Assembly: GCF_001194135.2 (NCBI RefSeq)
Contig: NC_068981.1
Location: 109,942,147-110,006,146, forward strand
DNA from: Octopus bimaculoides
Lineage: Eukaryota
Direction: 5' to 3'
Length of the DNA stretch: 64,000 nucleotides
Below are positions 1 to 9,994 of this stretch, in pieces. Under the pieces are notes generated by a model that did not search any database, was not told the origin of the DNA, and worked only from the letters and a program-made list of their open reading frames with translations. The translations under genes were made by a program, and so were the position numbers. Numbering within the stretch: position 1 is the stretch's first letter; the number at the start of each line of letters is the position of its first letter.

Positions 1-169
1 ATGTTGTTAAAACAGGAAATCTAAAATGACAACATTTAGGATGACATTACAGTAAATAACAGTTGAACTATAGAAGACTGTAACATGGAAAAATAATATA
101 AATAATCTTAGTATAGTTAACTGTTACATGCTAGTGAGTATGGCTTAATAACATGTACCCTGCTTTCAC

Positions 170-441
170 TAGTTATTCTAAGTGCCTAAGTTGAGTTGCA
201 AACGAACATGAACACCTACTTAGCCCCCTCACACTTGACACAGTGGAGCATTTATGGTGTCATAGATGGAGAGACAGATGTACCAGCATGTAGTTAATAC
301 TCGTTACAGTTGAATGGATAGGAGTAATGTGAAATGAAGTACCTTGCTCAAGGACACAACAAACCTCTTGGTTCAGAAACTGAATCTGCAATCTTATGAA
401 CATGAGTTAAACACTCCTAACCGCTAGATCAGGCACCTCTA
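170..441 (-). mobile_element. Degenerate tRNA-derived SINE
   Basis: Contains gaaatgaagtaccttgctcaaggacacaac, also seen better preserved at 7729-7760 (gaaataaagtgtcttgctcaagaacacaac). Boundaries approximate. Confidence 0.6.
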
Positions 442-1329
442 CAGAAGAGGAGAGCACTAGGTTAAAGGGTATGTAGTGTTGCTTACTAAGTTGAAATTAC
501 TTCAAGACTGGAATGATGCTTATACAGATAAGTTCATCTCATTAAAAAAAAACAAAAAAACAAATCAACAGTAGAATACTAAAACTAAATATGAAATAAG
601 ATAATTTAGCCTGACTGAAGAATTTCAAGTTCATGAAGATTGATAAACCCAAGTTTAGTTGGACACTAAGGGTAAATAAAATATAACTTCTAAGTGTACT
701 TAGGTAGCTTACAAAGTAAGAATTTGTGGCATTCTGAAGTGAGACTAGTTTTAGATGTAATTTACCATTTACAAGTATGTGAGTAGGATAGTATCACAGC
801 TAGGATTTCATCTAAGTTAATTTTGTATTCAAATCATTTAAAAATTATAATTGAAACAAGTTTAAATTAATTGGATAATATCAAATGGGTCATCAAAATT
901 CACAAGATTAAGAAGGAATTTCCTAAACACACATATGAAACTTTCAAACAAAGTTGATCTCAAGCTACAACTACATTATATTAGAATGAACAGAATAGAT
1001 ATCAAATTACATTCAAAGAAAATATTTCCAATGAAAATATCACACAAAAAATACATGGATAAATAAAAAATATCATCTGAGCTAAACAGTTTACTAACCC
1101 TTGAGATATACTCTTTCATACAAGCATTAATAAAAACTAAATCAGTTTAGACATTCAGACTAAAATACTTTCCTTTTAGAAATTTAAAAAATTTAGGTAG
1201 GCCTGAAGACAAAAAATAATTGGTTGAGATTAAGAGTACAATGTTTCTATAAGTGAGTTAGCCTTTTCCCATGAAAATTAAAAAGGAAATCTGAGTAGTC
1301 AGCTTATGTAAAAGTCATTCAACAAACTT

Positions 1330-1665
1330 AGCATACAGTGTGTGCATGTGTATATGACTGTAGGAACCAGGTTACAAACCAATACCTGAAGATTTTGTGT
1401 AACTAGCCAAGAGACCAACTGTATGCGTTAGTGGATTGGTGAAAATGTAAATGGTATCTTCTGTATATAATTTTATTTAGATTTAGGGTGTCTTATAGGA
1501 ATATTAAATTAACCCCAATACTTCAATGATACTTTATTTTGTCAACCTGGAGGGATGAAAATGTAAACTTGATCTCAGGAGGATTTGAACTCAGAATGTA
1601 AAGGGCCACAACTGAATATCATAAGGCATTATGACTGATTCTTTAACAATTTGACCAATCTAAAG
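1330..1665 (-). mobile_element. Two adjacent degenerate SINE fragments
   Basis: 1500-1665 matches the SINE at 58636-58864 (ggatgaaa...ggatttgaactcagaatgtaaag). 1330-1490 resembles the reverse complement of the SINE at 31280-31440. Confidence 0.55.
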
Positions 1666-2443
1666 CAGCTAATGCAACAGGTAGGTCATACTGAATATGG
1701 CAATAGACACCTTTAATCATATATAGAAGGGTCTTCCATGAAACTGATGAGGGAGGATTTGGTGATGTGGTAACAAGTTGAACTGCATTCTTTCAATTGT
1801 GTTGAAAATTGAAGTAGTGTGCAGTAGAATATGGAATTTTTCCTCTGACAGTGGGGAAAAAAAAATCTTGACCATTCCTCAGTTTTGATATTTTATCTAG
1901 AACTGCTCAAGTAATGTTCGGATTTATTTTATTCAGCTATTAATCTCCAAATATTTTTGTCAGGGCAGTCAGAGTGGCAATAATGGTGCAACAATTTGTA
2001 AATGAGTACTCTATGATCAGAATATACTTTTGTTGAGAGATAGCTATTTCTCTTCCAGAGAACATGGCTGAATATTGAGCATTATAGTACTTCACTTACT
2101 TTCAGCCATGCTGTTTGAAATATTTTTATTGTGGCTTGAAAACACGGAACAAAGCACGAACATTGATGTTAATGTTCATCATATTAAATAAATCAAGGCA
2201 TTTTCATATACAGAGATATATACAAAGCATAAAGAAATATATATTTATACATACATGTTTATACACATACATGCATGCAAACATACACATACATAAATCA
2301 GAAACAGATTCATGGCAAATAGTAATTTACACTGGAACAATATCAGACAATACTTATTTACTGAAATTCCATGTCATCTCTAACAGAATTAAGATTTACA
2401 TTGATATTTCAATTTCAATATGGAAAAGTAAATATTGCCATAC

Positions 2444-2455
2444 CAGTTCCTCAGA
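2444..2455 (-). CDS. Candidate 12-nt microexon of an unidentified host gene (SEEL in phase 0)
   Basis: Minus strand reads gtttttgctgtttcatttttatttcag|TCTGAGGAACTG|gtatgg: long pyrimidine tract, CAG acceptor, GTATGG donor, length divisible by 3. No transcript evidence available. Confidence 0.35.
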
Positions 2456-2684
2456 CTGAAATAAAAATGAAACAGCAAAAACTTATAGGTAACTGTTACT
2501 TTTTATGGTATAAAATAAATATATTAACTCTACACTTTGTACTGAATGCTACATCAAATAATGCTTAATCACTGCATAGCAAATATTCATACAGTGTGGC
2601 TGTATGTGTGTGTGTGTGTGTGTGCATGCATATATGTATATGATTCCATCCCTAACTAAAATTAGATGGTGGATTTGAAGTAAA

Positions 2685-4385
2685 CAAGACAGCTTGCTGA
2701 GTGCCACGAACCAAATCTGTGGCTTTCAGACCTAGGGTAACATGGTGGTGGAACAATACCGTAGACAGGGCCATTAGAGCAAAGAAACAGGTCTGGAAGA
2801 GTGGGCTTAGAGAATGTATCAGATAGCCAAAAGGGAAGCTAGGAGACAGGTATACAAAGCCAAGCGAGTAGCAGAAAAGAAGTTTGCCAATGTTCAGTGA
2901 TGTGAGGACCAAAGAACTGAAGTATTTCGGATTGCAAGACAGTGTGTGAGAGAAAACCGTGATGTCATAGGAAACAAATAAAAGGTGCAGCAATATCAAA
3001 GGAAGTTTAACCGGGAAGACAGTTTTTGTGTGTGGCAGATGCACAGGGGCAATAAACAGTGAAGATGTACAGAAAACAGATTCCATCACATGCTAGGGGG
3101 AGAAACTAGAATTAGTTAATAGCTTCCGCTACCTAGGCAATAAAGTCTGTAGTGGGGATGGTTGCTCTGAGAGGGTAGCGGCTAGAATAAGAATAGCCTG
3201 AGCAAAGTTCAGGGAGCTTCTACCTCTCCTGACAACTAAGGGCCTCTTGCTCAGAATGAAAGGTAGACTGCATGATGTATGTGTGCGAACTGCCATGCTA
3301 CATGGCAGTGAAACATGGACCATGACTGCTGAGGACATGCGTAAGCTTGAAAGAAATGAAGCTAGTATGATCCACTGGATTTGTAATGTCAGTGTGCATA
3401 CACGACAGAATGTAAGCGCCCTGAGAGAAAAGTTGGGCATAAGAAGCATCAAATGTGGTATGCAAGAGAGACGACTGCACTGGTATGGTCATATGTTATG
3501 TATGGATGAGGACAGCTGTGTGAGGAAGTGCCACTCCCTAACTGTGGAAGAGGTAGACCCAGGACAACATGGAATGAGGTGATGAAGCATGACCTTCGAA
3601 CATTGGGACTCACAGATGCAATAACAGGAGACCAAGACCTTTGGAGATATGCCATGATTGAGAAGACCTGGCAACTAAAGTGAGATCGCAGTCATGCCTG
3701 TCTGGCCCAATTAAGAGTACCCCTGATGCATTGGGCGATATGATATACTTGAGAAGACCTGTTGAGTGAAGTAAAACCAATATCGTAGCTGTGGCCAGTG
3801 CCCCCTGACTGGCTCCCGTGCTGGCGGAACATAAAAAATCACCATCCAAATGTGGTCGATGCCAGGTCTGTCTGACTGGCTCCTGTGCTGATGGCATGTA
3901 AAAAGCAACATCCAAATGTGGCTGATGCCAGTACCCCTTGACTGGCTCCTGTGCCAATGGCATGTATAGAGCACTATCCAAGCGTGATTGATGCCAGGAC
4001 CACCTGACGGCTCCCATGCCGGTGGCATGTAAAAAGCACCATCCAAACCTGGCCAATGCCAGTACCCCCTGATTGGCTCCCATGCCAGTGGCATGTAAAA
4101 AGCACCATCTGAACATGGCCCATGGCAGTACCCCTTGACTGGCCCCCATGCCGGGGGCACGTAAAAAGCACTATCCAAATGTGATCGATGCCAGGCTCAC
4201 CTGACTGGCTCCTGTGCCAGTGGCATGTAAAAAGCACCCACTACACCCTTGGAATGGTTAGGGTTAAGAAGGGCATCCAGCTGTAGAAATATTGCCATAT
4301 CAGCTGCTGGCTTTCCAGACCTCAGTCAAACCATCCAACCCATGCCAGCATGGAAAACAGACATTAAACGATAATGATAATGATG
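2685..4385 (+). mobile_element. Internally deleted RTE-clade LINE (RT C-terminal part, VNTR 3' UTR, (GAT)n tail)
   Basis: ORF 3247-3582 (KGRLHDVCVRTAMLHGSETWTMTAEDMRKLERNEASM...RRLHWYGHM) is typical of the RTE RT C-terminus. 2700-2980 is homologous to 37640-37930. Frameshifts and stops are present. Confidence 0.9.
3796..4235 (+). repeat. Tandem array of seven ~65-66-bp units in the RTE 3' UTR
   Basis: Units follow gccag...tgactggctcc(c/t)(a/g)tgc...ggcatgtaaaaagcaccatcc...gat and start near 3796, 3861, 3927, 3993, 4058, 4124 and 4190. Confidence 0.9.
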
Positions 4386-4399
4386 AACTGGTTGTTATC

Positions 4400-5050
4400 A
4401 GTACAGAAGTTATGTATCCTTTATTCATGTTATCATCTCTTGTAGAGTAAGTATGGCAGCATAGTCACTATCCTTGCTGCTGCACTAAGACAGCAATGAA
4501 GAGGTGACAATGCAATGAGAATCAACATTAACTTGCAGCCAGTTGTTTTTTTCAAGGAGAGTGAGAAAACAACTGTGAGTATATAAACAAAGAGCTGGTA
4601 ATACCCAGACGTCTGCATGATGCTAAAGTCTGGAAGATGCAGGTTGATTTCAGGAAATCAATTGTATTCCAAAGTTATATTGCAATAATAGTTAAATACC
4701 TTGACCTTGATAATAAAGCAAAGTGATACATAAATTATACCTTGGCTCAATCTAACAAGATAGACTCACACCACATACAAACATGCTGATTATTGAGATG
4801 GTGATGCCTTAGAAGGCAATATGGAGCAAGTTCTGTGAATAGAAGAGCCTAAAATATGGAGAACTTAGGGAGCCATGTGCTGTATAAGAATGGAAGCGTA
4901 TGCACACTCAACAGAGCCAGTATTGTTATGGGTTTGTAGGTTAATCCACAATTCTAATGTCACATGAATTATTCCAAACTTTGTGTTTTGTATAATACAA
5001 ATACTCTGACATCTTGGATATGAAATGTCATAACAAAAATCAATGTTGGC
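4400..5050 (+). mobile_element. Highly decayed RLE-type non-LTR retrotransposon 3' part (R4/Dong-like)
   Basis: Piecewise translation gives a zinc-knuckle-like stretch (CRVSMAA...ALRQQ*.GDNAMRI) and TC*LIEMVMP*EGNMEQ...KYGEL, resembling the RLE motif LIIDVAVP.D.N...EK..KY.DL. Confidence 0.45.
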
Positions 5051-5159
5051 TATAATTTCTATAGAATATCTGTAGAGATAACCATAACAAGTAATAAATA
5101 CAGATTACCATGATTGTTATTCATATATCTTCTGTAATGAACTTTATTTTATGCCAGGT

Positions 5160-5345
5160 GTTGAAAGGCTAAAGTATGATAGAGGAACAAGCCAAAGTGT
5201 TTTGCTATAGAGGAGGTGCATGGCTGAAGAAGATAAAAGGAAGATAGAGATGGAGTGCAAAAGTAAACTCTCAAAATGCAAGAAGATAAGCATGAAAGGA
5301 TACAAAAAGTGCATCATGAGAGGAGTGAGGTAGTGAGTGGAGACT
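5160..5345 (-). mobile_element. Inverted partial copy of the I-group LINE 3' end
   Basis: aaagtatgatagaggaacaag...gcatggctgaagaagataaaaggaag is the approximate reverse complement of 5966-6046. Confidence 0.65.
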
Positions 5346-5429
5346 TCCACAGGAATGTGCCCTGTCCCCACCACTCATCTGTCCCTCATCTATGGTACTA
5401 CTCAGGTACTGTAATCACCTAAGAGCAGA

Positions 5430-6050
5430 ATTGGCACATATTGCATTCCCTCCTCTTCCTAACTAACGGTCTCCCACATATCTCATCATCCTTTCCCAAA
5501 CTATTTCAACTAATCACCTCTTTTCTGTGCTTTCAATCACTGCTCTCTCTTTCTCTCCCACTTCAGCTATACTCCATTCTAAATACCTCTCTGATCTGCT
5601 ATCACTCTCAATGCCCTACTATATCTACCATCATGACCCATCCTCTTATTATAGCCTCTCATGTATCCTTACATCTCTCGCTCCACTGCTCCTACATCTT
5701 CTACTTACTTTCTATTCTACTCTCCTTCTTGAGCCCTTCCTATATCTCCAACCTTTCCCATTTACATACTGGTATTTCCCATCATCTGTACCTCTACCTT
5801 TGCTCATCACCCACTACATTAATTACTGCCTCCACCTGTTTATTCCCCAATCACATTCCTATGAAAGCATCTACATACTCTCATCCCCTCATATGATTCA
5901 CCATCCATGTCCTCTCTTATGTACACCTTCTTGTTCCTTGAACATTTGCTCTAGCACCCCATCAATAACTTCCTCTTATCTCCTTCAGCCATGTATCTCC
6001 TCAATAGCAAGGCATCTGTACTTGTCCCTCTATCATACTTTCAATCTATC
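5430..6050 (+). mobile_element. I-group LINE 3' end with RNase H remnant
   Basis: Decayed RNase H-like motifs (LTNG~YTDG, LQLYSI~AELYAI, ICYHSQ~IFSDSQ) precede a Cys/His C-terminal segment. Homologous to the reverse complement of 44970-45700 and 5160-5345. Clade assignment is inferred. Confidence 0.55.
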
Positions 6051-6074
6051 CTATCCCTTGGCTGTGTGGCTGTT

Positions 6075-6400
6075 GGAGCATTCATTGACAGCTCTGCAAC
6101 TACGTTTCACAACTTCTCTCGGTCTTCTGCTACTCTCTGTGAGTTGGTAAAATTGAGGCTTGTCCACTCTTTAGTATTACAATCCCACTTTTCCTTGGCT
6201 TGCCTTGCTTTTGCCCATCTTCCACTGTGCCTTGCAGGATTGTCTTTGTTAGGCCAGAGCTTGTTGTGAGATGGCCATTCCATTTCAGTTTGTCTTTACA
6301 ATTGTCAGCAGGTCATTCTGAACAGCTTTTCAACACTTGACATAAAACCACCCACCTCCACCTTCCCTTCCCAAATACTTCCCTAGTAATGGGAACTTTT
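6075..6400 (-). mobile_element. 3' fragment of a second RTE-like LINE family
   Basis: Minus strand resembles L.KTILQGTVE.G...G.PRK.W..N.KEWT.L followed by AEDREKL*NVVAELSMNAP, a typical RTE ORF end. Confidence 0.65.
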
Positions 6401-6439
6401 TCCCTGTCTGTCTTTTCTGTTCTTTTATGTTGTAGTGGT

Positions 6440-6650
6440 TTTATGGCAACCTCACTAGTGCTGGTGGTATGCAAAAAGCACCCAGTGCACTCTGTAAAGT
6501 GCTTGGCACTAAGAAAGGCATCCTGTCATAGAAATTATGCCAAAGATGACATTGAGGCTTGATGCAGCCCTGCACCTTGGTGGTTTCCTGTCAAACTATT
6601 TATCCCCTGCCAGCATGGAAAGTGGGTGTTAAATGATGGTGATGTTACAT
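6440..6650 (+). mobile_element. RTE-3'-related short element (SINE or truncated LINE tail)
   Basis: aaaagcacccagtgcactctgtaaag...aaggcatcc...ccagcatggaaag...gttaaatgatggtgatg matches the tail of the RTE at 4230-4385. Confidence 0.7.
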
Positions 6651-7489
6651 ACATATTTCTCTTTTGTCCTGCTAAATCATTCATTTACATATTTATTTTT
6701 CTATAAATAAATATACATAGTTCAGTAAAAGAACTAACAAAGAGAGCTATGAGTTCAACTCCTTTAAGGGACAAAAATACACAACATTTATTGCTTTCAT
6801 AATCTATAATAAATGAGTGAACGTGTGTGTGTATATACACATATATATTTCCCAATTCTGTGCTTATACATGAAATTGAAAGCATTTGTGGGCAAAATAT
6901 TTATTTTTGGGTAGGATTCAGCTAACTTTTGCCAAAACCGTCACTCATTGATGCTATTATTCCAGCACAAATTGTTCAATTTTGGTCACTTAACTTCAGG
7001 TCCGAATTAATGTAAAAAGCTATCAACGAATTCGTTACATTTTTTTCTGAAATGAAAAATACGATTTAGTAAGAGCAGGTTATTAACCAATTGAAAAGTG
7101 CATCAAGACTATGCTATATCTATCAATTTTCAGTCACCTCGAATAAAGTTTTAATCATCTTTGATGTAGTCTTGAGACAGTTTGCTGAGAAAACTAATAT
7201 TTCCAACTCTTCATACACATGTTTTTAATATGACTGCCTAGGGTGTTATCTCATTTTTTTTTTTTTACCCTGCTTGAAAAGCTTTCCAGTGATAACCATC
7301 CAGTTCTATTTTCAGATAGTATATTTAGGACTATATTTTCTGATATGTCCTACCTTGCTTTATAGATGGCAGTAAAAATTTGACTGCTATTTCTGACAAA
7401 TTAAGATTCTACCTAGTTGGATGAATTAATGAGAATTAGCCAATAGCTGTGGAAATTTCAGTTATTTTTAAAACTGTAAGATGGGTGAA

Positions 7490-7842
7490 AGTTATAAAAG
7501 GGTAAAGACTCTCTTTGGTCATGGACGACCATGGGATTACACCTAGAAAGTTACCCTCCAAGGTACACGTCTGAGCAAGGTTGTTTATAGAAGACTAACA
7601 GTTGCCCATGCATACCAGCTTCCCCTCTCCATATAACCAACGTTGTTCGAGGGAAAGGCAAAGGTTGACACAGTTTGGCACCAGTGACATCACAACTTAT
7701 TTCTACAGCTGAGAGAACTGGAGAAACATGAAATAAAGTGTCTTGCTCAAGAACACAACACACAGCCTGGTCTGGAAATCAAACTCACTACCTCATGATT
7801 GTGAGCCCGACGCTCTAACCACTGAGTCATGTACCGTCACTG
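7490..7842 (-). mobile_element. tRNA-derived SINE, near full length
   Basis: The minus-strand head gtgacggtacatgactcagtggttagagcgtcgggctcacaatcatgaggtagtgagtttgatttcc has Pol III A-box and B-box-like motifs. Confidence 0.75.
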
Positions 7843-8064
7843 TGGAAGAGAACCGTGAAATATATATTTACACACACACACACACGTATTTACAAACATA
7901 CTGACATGCATAAATATGTAGATACACATAATATCTTGGTGTCCATGGAACCAACTTTCAGCTGACCATTGTTTTATATACTAAGCTACATTGCCAGAGT
8001 ACTTTAAATAGGCATATATGTGTATATATGTATGTATTTATACATATAACTTAACCTTATGAAC

Positions 8065-8197
8065 TTTCTAAGCTCTCTGACGAAGCCCAGAGGTACACCC
8101 AAGTACCTTAATCTTATCTACCAAATACTTCAGTTCACAGAAGGAATGGAAGTAAAGTGGGGTACTATGACCTCTTGGGTGAAACAGCTGTAAGAAA
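8065..8197 (+). ncRNA. Hammerhead-ribozyme-like motif (type I, Penelope-like minimal class, enlarged stem II)
   Basis: Core CUGACGA at 8077-8083. Stem II gcccagagg/cctcttgggt (8085-8093/8171-8180). GAAA at 8181-8184. Palindromic stem III ACAGCUGU. GUA cleavage triplet ending at 8192. Short stem I tct/aga. Confidence 0.6.
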
Positions 8198-8397
8198 CTA
8201 TTCTACTTTTTATGTTCTATGTTATACATTTTAATAATTACTGGTATTTTTATATTTTATATATTATATATGTAAAGCATAATGTTATACATGTATGTAT
8301 ATTGTTATAATTGTTTTTTTTAAAAATAAATAGACATAATATAATGTCTAAAAATTGATGAATACCACCTCTTGATCCCCTCTATATTCTTATTGCC

Positions 8398-8430
<33 letters not shown>

Positions 8431-8451
8431 CATATATATATATATACTTTA

Positions 8452-9730
8452 TTTAAAAGCAGCAGAAATATAACAAAAAAACCGTTACTCTGAGTTTCAC
8501 GTTCCCGTTCATNNNNNNNNNNNNNNNNNNNNNNNNNNNNNNNNNNNNNNNNNNNNNNNNNNNNNNNNNNNNNNNNNNNNNNNNNNNNNNNNNNNNNNNN
8601 NNNNNNNNNNNNNNNNNNNNNNNNNNNNNNNNNNNNNNNNNNNNNNNNNNNNNNNNNNNNNNNNNNNNNNNNNNNNNNNNNNNNNNNNNNNNNNNNNNNN
8701 NNNNNNNNNNNNNNNNNNNNNNNNNNNNNNNNNNNNNNNNNNNNNNNNNNNNNNNNNNNNNNNNNNNNNNNNNNNNNNNNNNNNNNNNNNNNNNNNNNNN
8801 NNNNNNNNNNNNNNNNNNNNNNNNNNNNNNNNNNNNNNNNNNNNNNNNNNNNNNNNNNNNNNNNNNNNNNNNNNNNNNNNNNNNNNNNNNNNNNNNNNNN
8901 NNNNNNNNNNNNNNNNNNNNNNNNNNNNNNNNNNNNNNNNNNNNNNNNNNNNNNNNNNNNNNNNNNNNNNNNNNNNNNNNNNNNNNNNNNNNNNNNNNNN
9001 NNNNNNNNNNNNNNNNNNNNNNNNNNNNNNNNNNNNNNAAGGAGTAAGAGCTAAAATAAACATGCAAGTTGAGGTAATGATATAGAGATGGAGGTGAGGT
9101 AATGATATAGAGATATATATATATATATATGGAGAGAGAGAACTAAAGACAGTGATGTTACAAACTTTGTTACATTTCAAATTGCACCCCACCTCCATCT
9201 CTATATCATTACCTCAACTCCATACTTTCTCTTGCATGTTTATTTTAACTCTTACTCCTTAAAATCATTGTGTCTTTCTCTTCTCCCCCTTTCATTATGA
9301 TTCTGAGTTAGCTTTACCTCTCTTTTTCCTTTCACATATACTCTAATATTTTAGTATAAACATGATCACTACTGCTGTCACAATTCACCCACTGTCTTTC
9401 TTCTCTGTTTCTTTCTCTTTCCTTCTATGTCGTTTTTTCATTCACATTATCAACACTACCATCACTGCCACTTCCTCTACCACCACTACCATAACTAGCA
9501 ACAGTTTCTTTTGTGACTATTTGAGTTACTTCCCTTATAGTGATACAAAAGGTACGTAGGAATATATTATTGTAGTAATAAAATAATAAAACTGGTGCCT
9601 TCACCCTTGTCATTTGTAAAGAATGTAGCAAGACTGCATCAATATCTTGGCTAGTAATACAATCTTGGGAATATTTAAACTTTGCTGTCACACAATAGCA
9701 AGTCTGGTCTTTCAGTCTATTGCAGTTAAA
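8452..9730 (-). mobile_element. Penelope-like (Naiad-type) fragment with inverted pLTR pieces, spanning an assembly gap
   Basis: ORF 9425-9691 (CITSQDIDAVL...LLFYYYNNI) resembles the RT segment of the element at 12000-12170. Nested inverted repeats lie at 9039-9260. Confidence 0.45.
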
Positions 9731-9994
9731 GAAACATAAGCTAGGTTAATTACAAAACAAAAGAGAAGCACTAATGAACATACAAATCAAACTTTCATTT
9801 TAATATTTTCTTTTTATCTCATGTTGTTTTCTATTTTATACTTTATGCTATCTATGGTGTTATATTATTGATCTTGAAATTCACTGAGTATGAATTATCA
9901 ATTAAGGCTTGAAAAGGATTTTTAGTGATATGCTACTATTCCAGAAGTCTCTTTTATAGAATTAGTGATGGAAGGACATGAAGCAATATATGTA

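Noticed and set aside
2115-2568. ORFs at 2115-2459 and 2371-2568
   Set aside because: Low-complexity AT-rich translations with no recognisable domain.
3796-4235. CRISPR-like array appearance of the regular ~66-bp repeats, and the overlapping ORFs at 3610-4237
   Set aside because: Whole units are homologous with no unique spacers, the array lies in a LINE 3' UTR, and the DNA is eukaryotic. The ORFs merely read through the repeat.
5441-6269. Ser/Leu/Pro-rich ORFs of 151-207 aa as novel membrane proteins
   Set aside because: Explained by C/T-skewed decayed LINE sequence and antisense RTE.
7780-7842. tRNA gene calls at SINE heads (also 58790-58864 and the SINE arrays)
   Set aside because: They have A/B-box-like motifs but no complete cloverleaf, and they are continuous with SINE bodies.
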